In this document: one piece after another, positions 18,473 to 27,392 of the stretch | How the letters are laid out: every line of letters begins with the position of its first letter | Numbering within the stretch: position 1 is the stretch's first letter | Source: Candidatus Daviesbacteria bacterium | GTDB lineage: Bacteria; Patescibacteriota; Microgenomatia; Daviesbacterales; UBA10151 | Assembly (NCBI GenBank): GCA_041690695.1 | Contig: JBEPVZ010000004.1 | Coordinates: 1 to 52,494, forward strand | Reading direction: 5' to 3' | Length of the DNA: 52,494 bases | The notes under the pieces: model-generated | Told to the model about the DNA's origin: nothing | Database searches by the model: none | Seen by the model: the letters and a program-made list of their open reading frames with translations, nothing else | Position numbers and translations under genes: made by a program

Positions 18473-18495
18473 AAAAAAACCCCCCTTTCGGGAGG
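18473..18495 (-). terminator. intrinsic terminator 12 nt upstream of the ArgRS-like start codon
   Basis: Minus-strand RNA is CCUCCC-GAAA-GGGGGG followed by UUUUUUU. Confidence 0.6.
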
Positions 18496-18638
18496 CGTCG
18501 AACAAGTGGAACTTGTTTTTTTAGACTGTACTACAGTTTAAATTGCACTACAGCTACGACCTCCCTTTGGAGAGGTTACGTTTATACCAGTAGCTGTTGT
18601 TAAAATTAAAACTATCCATACCAAAGACTATTATACCA
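18473..18638 (-). promoter_or_regulatory. candidate attenuator leader or small RNA (extended -10 promoter to terminator, about 150 nt)
   Basis: TGTGGTATAAT (-10 at 18630-18635), a 21-codon ORF at 18554-18619, nested hairpins, then the terminator. Confidence 0.4.
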
Positions 18639-18651
18639 CATCAATTCATGA

Positions 18652-19254
18652 TCAGCGACTAACTAATAAAAAGCTAGTTAAATTGTCAGGATTATCTTGT
18701 AAATTTTGATCAATAATTTCCAAGTTATATAAACCTGCTAAAGTTTTTGGACCTAAAATAGCAGTTACTTTTGAGAGCTGATTTTTGGATAAAGCCTGAG
18801 CGGCTCTGGCCGTATCAATTAAATCACCCTTTCCACTAATTAATTTAAGACTCGGATACTTCTTAACTAAAGTCGCTTGGCACTGTTTAAAAACTTGGGG
18901 ATGAGCCATAATCGTCGTGATCTTTGACCGATCAACTTCAGGCCGTTTCATTAAATAATGTTGGATCGGTAATTTAAGTTCGCTAACAATTTTAAACTTA
19001 TAATTGGCCATGGCATGAATTGATTCATCAACAATTCCGCCGACAGAATTATGAATCGCAAATAGACCATAATCAATATTTCCCAAGTTTAAATTACTTA
19101 AGACCCTTTCAGAGGTATAGAGATAACTAATTTTATATTTTGAAATCTTGGCAGAGTCTAAATAACGAATGATCATCTGCTCATTAAAACTCCCAACTCC
19201 ACCTTGAATTCCAAAAGTTAAAAAGCGCTTATTAGCTAGCATGCCCCAGATCAT
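18652..19254 (-). CDS. pheA: prephenate dehydratase catalytic (PDT) domain protein without ACT domain
   Basis: 200 aa; FGIQGGVGSFNEQ near the N-terminus and N.TSFLLVS (the TRF-motif position) at the C-terminus. Confidence 0.55.
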   Translation of the reverse strand: MIWGMLANKRFLTFGIQGGVGSFNEQMIIRYLDSAKISKYKISYLYTSERVLSNLNLGNIDYGLFAIHNSVGGIVDESIHAMANYKFKIVSELKLPIQHYLMKRPEVDRSKITTIMAHPQVFKQCQATLVKKYPSLKLISGKGDLIDTARAAQALSKNQLSKVTAILGPKTLAGLYNLEIIDQNLQDNPDNLTSFLLVSR

Positions 19255-19303
19255 CCCAAAAAGGGCTTTAAACTGTCAACAACAGCCTTGATTTAAATAT
19301 TAA

Positions 19304-19633
19304 TTAATTCTTTTTATCGGCATAGATCGAAGATCTAGCTAAACCTTTCATTAAACTATCAACAAATTCTTTAGAATATTTTCCTGTCTTTTCAAAATCG
19401 GCTCGAACTTCATCGAGTGGTCGAAAAATAAAGTCTTCAAACTCAAAATCGACTTCTTTCATAATTTTACTTGGATGTGTCGATATCGCAAGCGAATTAA
19501 TTGTATCTATTTTCTTAGAAAGTCTCTCAACTGCTATCATTAAACGGTCTAATTTTGAATCTAAACTAGCGAATTTATTAGTAATTTCGAGTTTAATAAC
19601 TTTACTAATTTTTGACAAATCTTTGTCAGTCAT
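19304..19633 (-). CDS. hypothetical protein
   Basis: 109-aa ORF with coiled-coil-like N-terminal half and a leaderless-type promoter. Confidence 0.5.
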   Translation of the reverse strand: MTDKDLSKISKVIKLEITNKFASLDSKLDRLMIAVERLSKKIDTINSLAISTHPSKIMKEVDFEFEDFIFRPLDEVRADFEKTGKYSKEFVDSLMKGLARSSIYADKKN

Positions 19634-19677
19634 TTTTTGATAATAAGTTATTAAAATAAATAATACAAGATATTATT

Positions 19678-22407
19678 TCAGGCTGTCTTATGTTGAGGGG
19701 CGCCGATTAGACCACACTTTTTATATTTTAATCCCGAGCCACATGGACAGAGATCATTCCGGCCAACTTTTGTTTTTTGAATCGAGCCATCTTTCCCAAT
19801 ATTTGATTCCGAGACAACTTTACCATCTCGTTCAATAGTTACTTTAGTTTGACCTGATTTTACAGACGGACTTTCTTCCAATTTGGGAATTAATTGACCG
19901 ACTTCTTCCATTAAAGCCGTTTCATCTAAGGCTTCATCATGTTTTTCAACGACCTGGCTTGAGACCATCACCGGAGCTTGATTATTGGCTAACTGAACCT
20001 TAAAAATTCGTCTGACAATTTCTGCATCAATCGTCACCATTAACTTTTCAAAAAGATCAAAGGCTTCACGTTTATATTCAATTAAAGGATCCCTCTGGGC
20101 ATAACCCCGTAAACCAATACCCGCCCGCAGATCATCAATCGTATCAAGATGCTCAATCCAAAGCGTATCGATGGTATTTAAATAGACAAAACTTTCCATC
20201 TGGCGCATAGCCTCATCACCAATCTGTTTCTCACGACCCTCGTAGGCATCTTTAACAATTTTATTTAAAAATTCATCAAGTTGATCAACTTGACTTAACT
20301 TCGACAGCTCCTGAAGTAGCCCCTTTTGAGAAGCTGGATCAAAAGGAATAATAGTCGAGAGTTCTTGAACAATTTTTTGATGATCAACCACATCATCACC
20401 ATAAACACTGGTAATATTTGATAACTCCGTACTAATTTTATTTAAAATATCTTCTTTCAAACCAACTGACTTTTTGTCTAAGTTGTCAATCGTTTCTAAA
20501 ATATTTTTGCGGATCCCATAAATAATCTGACGTTGTTGATTCATAACATCGTCATATTCAACAGTGTGTTTTCGAGTGTCGAAGTTATGGCCCTCAACCT
20601 TTTTCTGAGCACCTTCGATGGCTTTTGAAACCATCCCATGCTCTATTGGAACCCCCTCTGGCATCTTTAAAAAGTTCATGACTTTGGCAACTTGTTCCCC
20701 ACCAAAAATTCGCATTAAATCATCCTCAAGTGACACAAAAAATTTAGTTTTACCGGGATCACCTTGTCGACCAGATCGACCTCTGAGCTGATTATCAATG
20801 CGGCGCGACTCATGACGTTCAGTTCCTAAAACATATAAACCGCCTAACTCCGAGACCCCTTTACCTAACTTAATATCAACTCCTCGACCAGCTAAGTTTG
20901 TAGCAACAGTCACCGCCCCTTTCTCGCCAGCTTCGGAAATAATTTCAGCTTCACGTTCATGATTTTTAGCGTTTAATAAAGCGTGCGAGATTCGATTTTT
21001 CTTGAGCAGCTCCGACAAGTACTCATTTTTTTCAATTGAAGTTGTACCGACCAAGATCGGTTGACCAGTCGCATGAACTTGTTTAATCTCATCTGCGACC
21101 GCCTGATATTTAGCTGGCTGCGTTTTATAAATTGAATCCGGCGAATCAACTCTGGCAACGTTTTTATTGGTCGGAATCATAACTACATCAAGTTTATAAA
21201 TTTTATGAAACTCCTCAGCTTCTGTGGCGGCTGTTCCGGTCATTCCAGCTAATTTTTCATACATTCTGAAGTAGTTTTGAAAAGAGATAGTGGCGTGAGT
21301 CTCTGATTCTTGTTGAATAGTCACCCCTTCACGAGCTTCAATAGCTTGATGTAAACCTTCGGAATAGCGCCGACCAGGCATTAATCGGCCAGTAAATTCA
21401 TCGACGATAATAACCTCACCATCTTTGACGACATAATCACGGTCTTTTTGAAAAAGAGTTCGAGCTTTTAAAGCCTCCTCGAGATGATGAAGAGTCGAGA
21501 AATCTTTCTCATATAAGTTATCAACCCCGAGCGTTTTCTCAATTTTTAAAACTCCATCTTCAGTTAAATGAGCCGTCCGCATCTTCTCATCAATGGCATA
21601 ATCCTTTTCCTCTAAAGTATCAATTAGTTTAGAAAATCTCAGATATTTTTCGGTTGGCTCTTGGGCTGGGGCTGAGATAATTAAAGGTGTGCGAGCTTCG
21701 TCAATTAAGATTGAGTCAACCTCATCGACAATTGCAAAATAATGACCTCGTTGGCGTTGTTGACTGAGTGATAAAGCCATATTATCTCGCAGATAATCGA
21801 AACCAAATTCATTATTGGTGCCATAGGTAATATCGGCTGCATAAGCTTCCTTCCGTTCAATTGGCCGAAGGTGTTTTAACCTTGGATCATGAACTTCTTT
21901 ATTCGAAAACTTTGGATCATAAATAAATGACTGTTCATGAATAATCGCCGAGCAACTAACTCCTAAAAGATGGTAAACCGGGCCCATCCAACCGGCATCT
22001 CGACGAGCTAAATAATCGTTGACCGTCACAACATGGACTCCTTTACCCGTTAGGGAGTTCAAAAAAGCCGCTGGTGCGGCGGACAGAGTTTTACCTTCTC
22101 CAGTCTTTTGTTCGGCAACTTTACCTTGATTTAAAGCGGCTGAAGCCATCAATTGAACATCAAAAGGTCTTTCTTTATTAACTCTGAATGAAGCTTCCCG
22201 AGCTAAAGCAAAGGCTTCGGGTAAAAGGAGCTCTAAATCTGGTTTTTTCTGATACTTTTTCTTTAAATCGGAGGCTTTATCTTTTAAGGCTTTATCGCTT
22301 AACTTTTGGACTGATTTCTCCAAATCATTAATATCTTTAACAATACCTGACAAGGCATTGATCTGTTTACGATTAGCATCAATAAGTTGATTAAAAATGT
22401 TTAACAT
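19678..22407 (-). CDS. secA: preprotein translocase ATPase SecA
   Basis: Canonical SecA motifs throughout and the C-terminal zinc motif CPCGSGLKYKKCG. Start set at MLNIFNQL (22407), because the 31-codon upstream extension in the ORF track is not SecA-like. Confidence 0.95.
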   Translation of the reverse strand: MLNIFNQLIDANRKQINALSGIVKDINDLEKSVQKLSDKALKDKASDLKKKYQKKPDLELLLPEAFALAREASFRVNKERPFDVQLMASAALNQGKVAEQKTGEGKTLSAAPAAFLNSLTGKGVHVVTVNDYLARRDAGWMGPVYHLLGVSCSAIIHEQSFIYDPKFSNKEVHDPRLKHLRPIERKEAYAADITYGTNNEFGFDYLRDNMALSLSQQRQRGHYFAIVDEVDSILIDEARTPLIISAPAQEPTEKYLRFSKLIDTLEEKDYAIDEKMRTAHLTEDGVLKIEKTLGVDNLYEKDFSTLHHLEEALKARTLFQKDRDYVVKDGEVIIVDEFTGRLMPGRRYSEGLHQAIEAREGVTIQQESETHATISFQNYFRMYEKLAGMTGTAATEAEEFHKIYKLDVVMIPTNKNVARVDSPDSIYKTQPAKYQAVADEIKQVHATGQPILVGTTSIEKNEYLSELLKKNRISHALLNAKNHEREAEIISEAGEKGAVTVATNLAGRGVDIKLGKGVSELGGLYVLGTERHESRRIDNQLRGRSGRQGDPGKTKFFVSLEDDLMRIFGGEQVAKVMNFLKMPEGVPIEHGMVSKAIEGAQKKVEGHNFDTRKHTVEYDDVMNQQRQIIYGIRKNILETIDNLDKKSVGLKEDILNKISTELSNITSVYGDDVVDHQKIVQELSTIIPFDPASQKGLLQELSKLSQVDQLDEFLNKIVKDAYEGREKQIGDEAMRQMESFVYLNTIDTLWIEHLDTIDDLRAGIGLRGYAQRDPLIEYKREAFDLFEKLMVTIDAEIVRRIFKVQLANNQAPVMVSSQVVEKHDEALDETALMEEVGQLIPKLEESPSVKSGQTKVTIERDGKVVSESNIGKDGSIQKTKVGRNDLCPCGSGLKYKKCGLIGAPQHKTA

Positions 22408-22560
22408 AACTTTAGTCTGCTCTCTAGCATTGGATGTATTATAGCATCCTCCTGAAATTGAGTTGAGCATGAAAAAGCGGCTGGTTGACACACTCTTCAA
22501 GGTCTAATACACTAAAAGGTGATCCTTCGCAATTTAGTTAGATAATTGCCAGATCTGCCT

Positions 22561-23676
22561 ATGGATGATTCAAATAAACCAGCTCGTCCAACTCCGGTTG
22601 GCGGAATTCCCACTGATTCAAACTTAAGTACTCAAAGTCCTTGGGCTCCTCCAGCTTCAATTCCTGACAGCCCTTTTGGAAACCAGACTGAACCAATCAG
22701 TGTTCCACCAATCCCCGGAGCTCCAGATTCCTCGATGTCAATTACAACCGCCAGTCAGCCGACTTTACCGTCTACCCCACCAACAACGACCACCTCGATT
22801 AGCCCGTTGCCAGGAACACCACCACCATCAGATTTAGGTAACGGACAGCCCAGTCCCTTTAGTAGCACCCCATGGCCATCTGCTCCCCAAACACCCGCTA
22901 CCCCAACTGCCGCCCCCGCTGAACCTGCTTTAACAGAGAGTGTGCCGGTGGCGCCGCCTACACCTCCTCCCCCTCCAATGCCGATGGAGCTACCAGCTAG
23001 CTTATCGACAGCTCAAGTCCCTACTCCACCTCCGCCCCCTGAACCTGTCTCGGCTCCAGTATCAACACCAACCCCACCTCCCACCTTTGATATAAATAGC
23101 ATGGGTCTTGGTTCACCCACTCAACCAGCTGGAGGCATGCCGGACAGTGCAATGGCTGGCTCAAATAGTGCCACCCCCCCAACTGATTTATCCCATTTAG
23201 CCGATCCAGCAGTAGCCGCTCCTGAAGCAATTAATCCTTACACCCCACCGGTCGCGTCGCCTGCGAGCTTAGTTGTCCCCCCTGAAAATAATGCCGGTAT
23301 ACCTCCAGCAGCCGGTGGTAAACCACCCAAAAAAGGCATTAAGCCTCCTAAAATAGTCCTAATTATTCTTGGGGTAGTGATTTTACTAGCAGTTGCCGGA
23401 GCATCAGCCTATTTCATCTTAGGAATTGGTAAAGCTCAAGCCACCCCCACTCCCAGTTCAGCTCCGGCCGATCAGCAACCGCTAACGAACCCTCCTCAAG
23501 CATCGGTTCTTCCTAGCCCAACTGCGTTACCGGAGATTACCCCGCTTCCAACCGCCACCGGTTCAGCTACAACTGGTTTTGGATCTGTCGCAAGCCCAAG
23601 TCCATCAACAACTTCAGCTTTGGATCTACTTAAAGCCCGCCAATCTAGCACTCCAAGCGCTAGCACAGCTCCTTAA
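22561..23676 (+). CDS. Pro/Thr/Ser/Ala-rich low-complexity membrane protein
   Basis: About 371 aa from ATG 22561; a single TM helix (IVLIILGVVILLAVAGASAYFILGI) flanked by proline-rich tracts; locally high G+C. Confidence 0.5.
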   Translation: MDDSNKPARPTPVGGIPTDSNLSTQSPWAPPASIPDSPFGNQTEPISVPPIPGAPDSSMSITTASQPTLPSTPPTTTTSISPLPGTPPPSDLGNGQPSPFSSTPWPSAPQTPATPTAAPAEPALTESVPVAPPTPPPPPMPMELPASLSTAQVPTPPPPPEPVSAPVSTPTPPPTFDINSMGLGSPTQPAGGMPDSAMAGSNSATPPTDLSHLADPAVAAPEAINPYTPPVASPASLVVPPENNAGIPPAAGGKPPKKGIKPPKIVLIILGVVILLAVAGASAYFILGIGKAQATPTPSSAPADQQPLTNPPQASVLPSPTALPEITPLPTATGSATTGFGSVASPSPSTTSALDLLKARQSSTPSASTAP

Positions 23677-23957
23677 AGCTTCTTTATTGCAAAGTTCTGG
23701 AATAAGGTACTATACATTAATAAATCCTCAGCGGTCCGATCTTCAGATTGTTGTAAAATATGTTTAGTTTTGGACCAAATTTTAGATAAGTACTCATCAG
23801 AATTGATACTTTCCAGTTCTTCCCCCCGTTTAAAAGCTTCCTTAGTAAATATATTGGCGGTAGAAAAAGATTTTCTATGCAAACTTATAGCTGTCCTTTT
23901 TAAGTCCATTGCTAAGGAAGAGACAATCGTTCTTTTATCCATTTTGGTAATTATCAT
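23673..23957 (-). CDS. hypothetical protein
   Basis: 94-aa, probably helical ORF downstream of serS. Confidence 0.4.
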   Translation of the reverse strand: MIITKMDKRTIVSSLAMDLKRTAISLHRKSFSTANIFTKEAFKRGEELESINSDEYLSKIWSKTKHILQQSEDRTAEDLLMYSTLFQNFAIKKL

Positions 23958-23990
23958 ATTTGTATTTTAACACCCTGAGAGTTCGATAGA

Positions 23991-25280
23991 TTAACCTTTA
24001 GGTTTTATCTCTGAAAAATGAGTATATGGAATTAAGACTTCCGGGATTTTTATTGAACCATCCGATTGTTGGAAGTTCTCTAAAATGGCAATAAAGATTC
24101 GCGGACTTGGTAAAGCCGTGTTATTTAACATATAAACATACTCTTTTTTACCATCTTTAGTTTGATATTTAACATTTAAGCGCCTTGATTGCCAATCTAA
24201 AAAGATACTGGCAGAGCCCGTTTCACCATATCGATCTAGACCTGGCATCCAAGCTTCTAAATCATATTGGCGATATTTGCCAGCGCTTAAATCACCCGTT
24301 GAAATCTGAAGCTGACGATAAGGCAAACCCATCTCCTCATGCATCTTTTTAGATAAATCTAACATCTCGATCTGATACTTTTCAGCCTCGGCCACATTAG
24401 CTCGAGTTAAAACAACTTGCTCGACCTTCATAAACTCATGAACTCTATACATCCCCTTGGTGTCTTTGCCATAACTGCCGATCTCACTACGATAACATTG
24501 ACTATAACCACATAATTTAATTGGGAGCTTCGACTCATCTAGTATTTCATTAGCATAATAAGCTAAGAGAGAGGGTTCTGCAGTCCCAACTAAGAATTTC
24601 CGGTCCTGACTGTTTTCACCAGTAGCCTCTTTATCTGAAGTTGCTACCTGATAGATCTCGTCCACCTCACCATCATATTCTTGACCCTTAAAATAACCGC
24701 TTCCAAAAAGGGCAAATTCTTTAACTAAAGTTGGCGGAATCATTGGTGCATAACCATGGGCAACCATCTTATTTAAGGCATACATCATAATCCCCATAAT
24801 CAGCATTACCCCTTCATTTTTAACGTAATACCCTCTATAACCACCAACTTTAGCACCTCGCTCTAAATCTAAAATATCTAACTTTTTACCGATCTCAATA
24901 TGGTCTAGCGGTTTAAAATCAAACTGAGGTTTTTCGCCCCACTTAAAAACCTCGACATTATCAGCTTCACTTTCGCCAATTGGGGTATCAGCTGAAGCAA
25001 TATTTGGAACCTTGACCATTAACTTATCATACTTAGTTAAAATTTCATGCTGCTTTTTTTCAAGAACATCTAACTCTTCTTTAATCTGTTTACCACGTTC
25101 AATATCTCGTTTTTCGGCCGTTTCATTTCTTTGGCGACGTAAATCTTCAATTTGAGAAAGGAGTTGTCGACGATCTTCATCAATTGCTAGTAGATCATCT
25201 AAATTTAGATCAACCTTTTTGAGCTCAATCGCTTTTTTTATCTGATCTTTATATTCTCTAATAAAATTAATGTCTAACAT
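23991..25280 (-). CDS. serS: seryl-tRNA synthetase
   Basis: 429 aa; N-terminal coiled-coil arm and class II core motifs; starts directly after the lysS stop. Confidence 0.95.
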   Translation of the reverse strand: MLDINFIREYKDQIKKAIELKKVDLNLDDLLAIDEDRRQLLSQIEDLRRQRNETAEKRDIERGKQIKEELDVLEKKQHEILTKYDKLMVKVPNIASADTPIGESEADNVEVFKWGEKPQFDFKPLDHIEIGKKLDILDLERGAKVGGYRGYYVKNEGVMLIMGIMMYALNKMVAHGYAPMIPPTLVKEFALFGSGYFKGQEYDGEVDEIYQVATSDKEATGENSQDRKFLVGTAEPSLLAYYANEILDESKLPIKLCGYSQCYRSEIGSYGKDTKGMYRVHEFMKVEQVVLTRANVAEAEKYQIEMLDLSKKMHEEMGLPYRQLQISTGDLSAGKYRQYDLEAWMPGLDRYGETGSASIFLDWQSRRLNVKYQTKDGKKEYVYMLNNTALPSPRIFIAILENFQQSDGSIKIPEVLIPYTHFSEIKPKG

Positions 25281-27350
25281 TTATAGTCCTAACTCCTTGG
25301 CTACCCCTTGCATCGAGGTTAAGGCAATTTCGACAAAATCTCGGAGCGGAATTCCGAGTTCTTCTTCACAGGCTAAGATCTGCTCACGCAAGGCTCCGGC
25401 TGCAAAACTTTTTTGAGGAATCTTTTTCATCACTGAATCGGTTGTGACAGCCGCCAAACTTTTTTCAGGTCGAACTAGCGCCACAGCAGTTATTAAACCT
25501 GCCAATTCATCAACACAATAGATGGCATGTTCCAGATAATTTTCGCGGTTAGGTTTAATCTTCTCATAATGGCCTTGAATACCATTAATAATTCGAGTGT
25601 CGGCTCCTAGTTCTCTAATCTTTTCGGATATCACTAAGGTATGTTGACTTAAATCTTGACCAGTTATCTCATAATCAGCATCATGTAGTAATCCAACCAA
25701 CCCCCACTCTTCAACATCAAATTCTTCCGATGGAAGTTCTGGATGTTTAGCTTTTAAATTCTCACAGACTCCCTGCATGACAGACTCAACCGCTAAACAA
25801 TGTTTAACTAAATTAGGATTTTTTAACATCGTTTTAACCAAATCGAGTGCTTGGTCACGAGTTAAAGATCCTGCTTGAGAATTTTTTGGTGATGCAGCCA
25901 TCTTTGGATTGGATGGAGCAGATTTTTTCTCCGGACGCAGAGTCGGGAAAAGAATAACATCAGAGATTGATGGTGAATCAGTCATAACCATTATCCAACG
26001 ATCAATTCCGGGCCCAATACCAGAAGTTGGTGGCATCCCATACTCCAAAGCCTCTAAAAAGTCTTCATCTAGCCGCTGAGCTTCAGGGTTACCATCAGCT
26101 TCTTTAGTTTGTTCTTTTAACCAAGCCTCTTTTAGCGCTTGTGGGTCGTTTTGCTCAGTATAATTAGTCCCCATCTCCATTCCAGCAACGTATATGTCAA
26201 AACTCTCAACAAATTTAGAATTAGTTGCTTTTCTTTTAGCTAAAGGATAAAAATCAGCTGGATAATCATAAATAAATGTCGGCTGAATTAATTGATCAGT
26301 ACACTTCTTTTCAAAAATCTCGAGCAATATTTCACCATCGGTCATAAAATCTTGAATCTTAACTCCTAATTTTTCAGCTAAGGCCGTCGCTTTTTCTAAA
26401 GTATCGATCTCCCCGAATTTAACCCCAGTATGCTTTTCAAAAAGATCTACTAAACTTAAGCGCTGCCATGGTCTTTTAAACTCTAACGCTTGGCCTTGAT
26501 AACTTAATTTAGTCTTACCAAAAACTGTATTGGCGACATACTCAAACATCTCCTCAATTAGATCCATATTATCGTTATAGTCAGCATAAGCTTCCATCGT
26601 TTCGAGCATCGTAAACTCAGGATTATGATTACGATCCATACCTTCATTCCGAAAAGTATGGCCAATTTCAAATACTTTCTCAAAACCACCGACAATTAAT
26701 CTTTTTAAGTAAAGTTCATTCGAAATTCGCAAATATAAATCAGTATCTAAAGTATTGTGATGAGTTTTAAATGGCCTGGCCCGAGTTCCACCATATAAAG
26801 GCTGAAGGACTGGATCTTCGACTTCAAAATAACCTTTTTCATCAGTTAAAAATTTACGAATTGAATGAATAATTTTGGAGCGATCTTCAAAAGTCTTCCG
26901 AACCCCAGGGTTCATTAATAAGTCTAAATAGCGATGCCGATTACGCTCTTCAACATCTTTTAGTCCATACCAAGCCGAAGGTAAAGGCCTAAGAGTTTTG
27001 GTTAGGAGTTGGAAATCTGCTACCTTAATCGTGATCTCACCAGCTTGAGTCTTAAAAACCTCACCACTGACCGATAAAAAATCTCCTAAGTCTAAGTTAG
27101 ATAATAATTCATTTTTTTCAAATAAGAGTTGTATTTTCCCGGTCGCATCTTCTAAATCACCAAAGATAATCTGACCATGTGGACGAACTGACCTTAGTCG
27201 ACCAGCGACCACAACACTGTTATCCAACATCTCCCGAGCCTCAACAATAGTTTGGTCACGTCGAGCTTTGGCTGGATAAGGATCAACTCCTAAATCTTTT
27301 ATTTTATTTAATTTGTCGAGTCGTGCTTTTTGGAGGTCGTCTAAAGCCAT
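25281..27350 (-). CDS. lysS: lysyl-tRNA synthetase (class II) fused to a C-terminal HD-domain hydrolase
   Basis: 689 aa. Residues 1-478 are canonical LysRS (OB fold plus class II core, ending ILFPTLRPE). After a linker comes about 190 aa with H...GLLHDADYE and DELAG motifs of HD phosphohydrolases. Confidence 0.9.
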   Translation of the reverse strand: MALDDLQKARLDKLNKIKDLGVDPYPAKARRDQTIVEAREMLDNSVVVAGRLRSVRPHGQIIFGDLEDATGKIQLLFEKNELLSNLDLGDFLSVSGEVFKTQAGEITIKVADFQLLTKTLRPLPSAWYGLKDVEERNRHRYLDLLMNPGVRKTFEDRSKIIHSIRKFLTDEKGYFEVEDPVLQPLYGGTRARPFKTHHNTLDTDLYLRISNELYLKRLIVGGFEKVFEIGHTFRNEGMDRNHNPEFTMLETMEAYADYNDNMDLIEEMFEYVANTVFGKTKLSYQGQALEFKRPWQRLSLVDLFEKHTGVKFGEIDTLEKATALAEKLGVKIQDFMTDGEILLEIFEKKCTDQLIQPTFIYDYPADFYPLAKRKATNSKFVESFDIYVAGMEMGTNYTEQNDPQALKEAWLKEQTKEADGNPEAQRLDEDFLEALEYGMPPTSGIGPGIDRWIMVMTDSPSISDVILFPTLRPEKKSAPSNPKMAASPKNSQAGSLTRDQALDLVKTMLKNPNLVKHCLAVESVMQGVCENLKAKHPELPSEEFDVEEWGLVGLLHDADYEITGQDLSQHTLVISEKIRELGADTRIINGIQGHYEKIKPNRENYLEHAIYCVDELAGLITAVALVRPEKSLAAVTTDSVMKKIPQKSFAAGALREQILACEEELGIPLRDFVEIALTSMQGVAKELGL

Positions 27351-27356
27351 GTCTCG

Positions 27357-27385
27357 AGTATAACCTGATTAGGCTCAATTGACAA
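27357..27385 (-). promoter_or_regulatory. promoter TTGTCA-N17-TATACT ending 6 nt before the lysS ATG
   Basis: Reverse complement of 27380-27385 is TTGTCA and of 27357-27362 is TATACT. Confidence 0.45.
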
Positions 27386-27392
27386 TGGAAAG

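Noticed and set aside
18501-18522. Plus-strand intrinsic terminator (AACAAGT-GGA-ACTTGTT followed by T7)
   Set aside because: No plus-strand gene ends anywhere near it (the nearest ends at 15481). On the minus strand it is simply one of the spacer hairpins of the leader. It might stop antisense transcription, but I cannot support that.
18462-18651. T-box leader upstream of the aaRS-like gene
   Set aside because: The conserved T-box sequence (GGGUGGUACCGCG-like) and the stem I specifier features are absent. The alternative-pairing, leader-peptide architecture fits the region better.
22408-22500. 31-codon N-terminal extension of SecA in the ORF track
   Set aside because: The SecA homology begins at MLNIFNQL (22407). 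The extension (MKSVSTSRFF...) has no counterpart in SecA and overlaps the likely promoter region.
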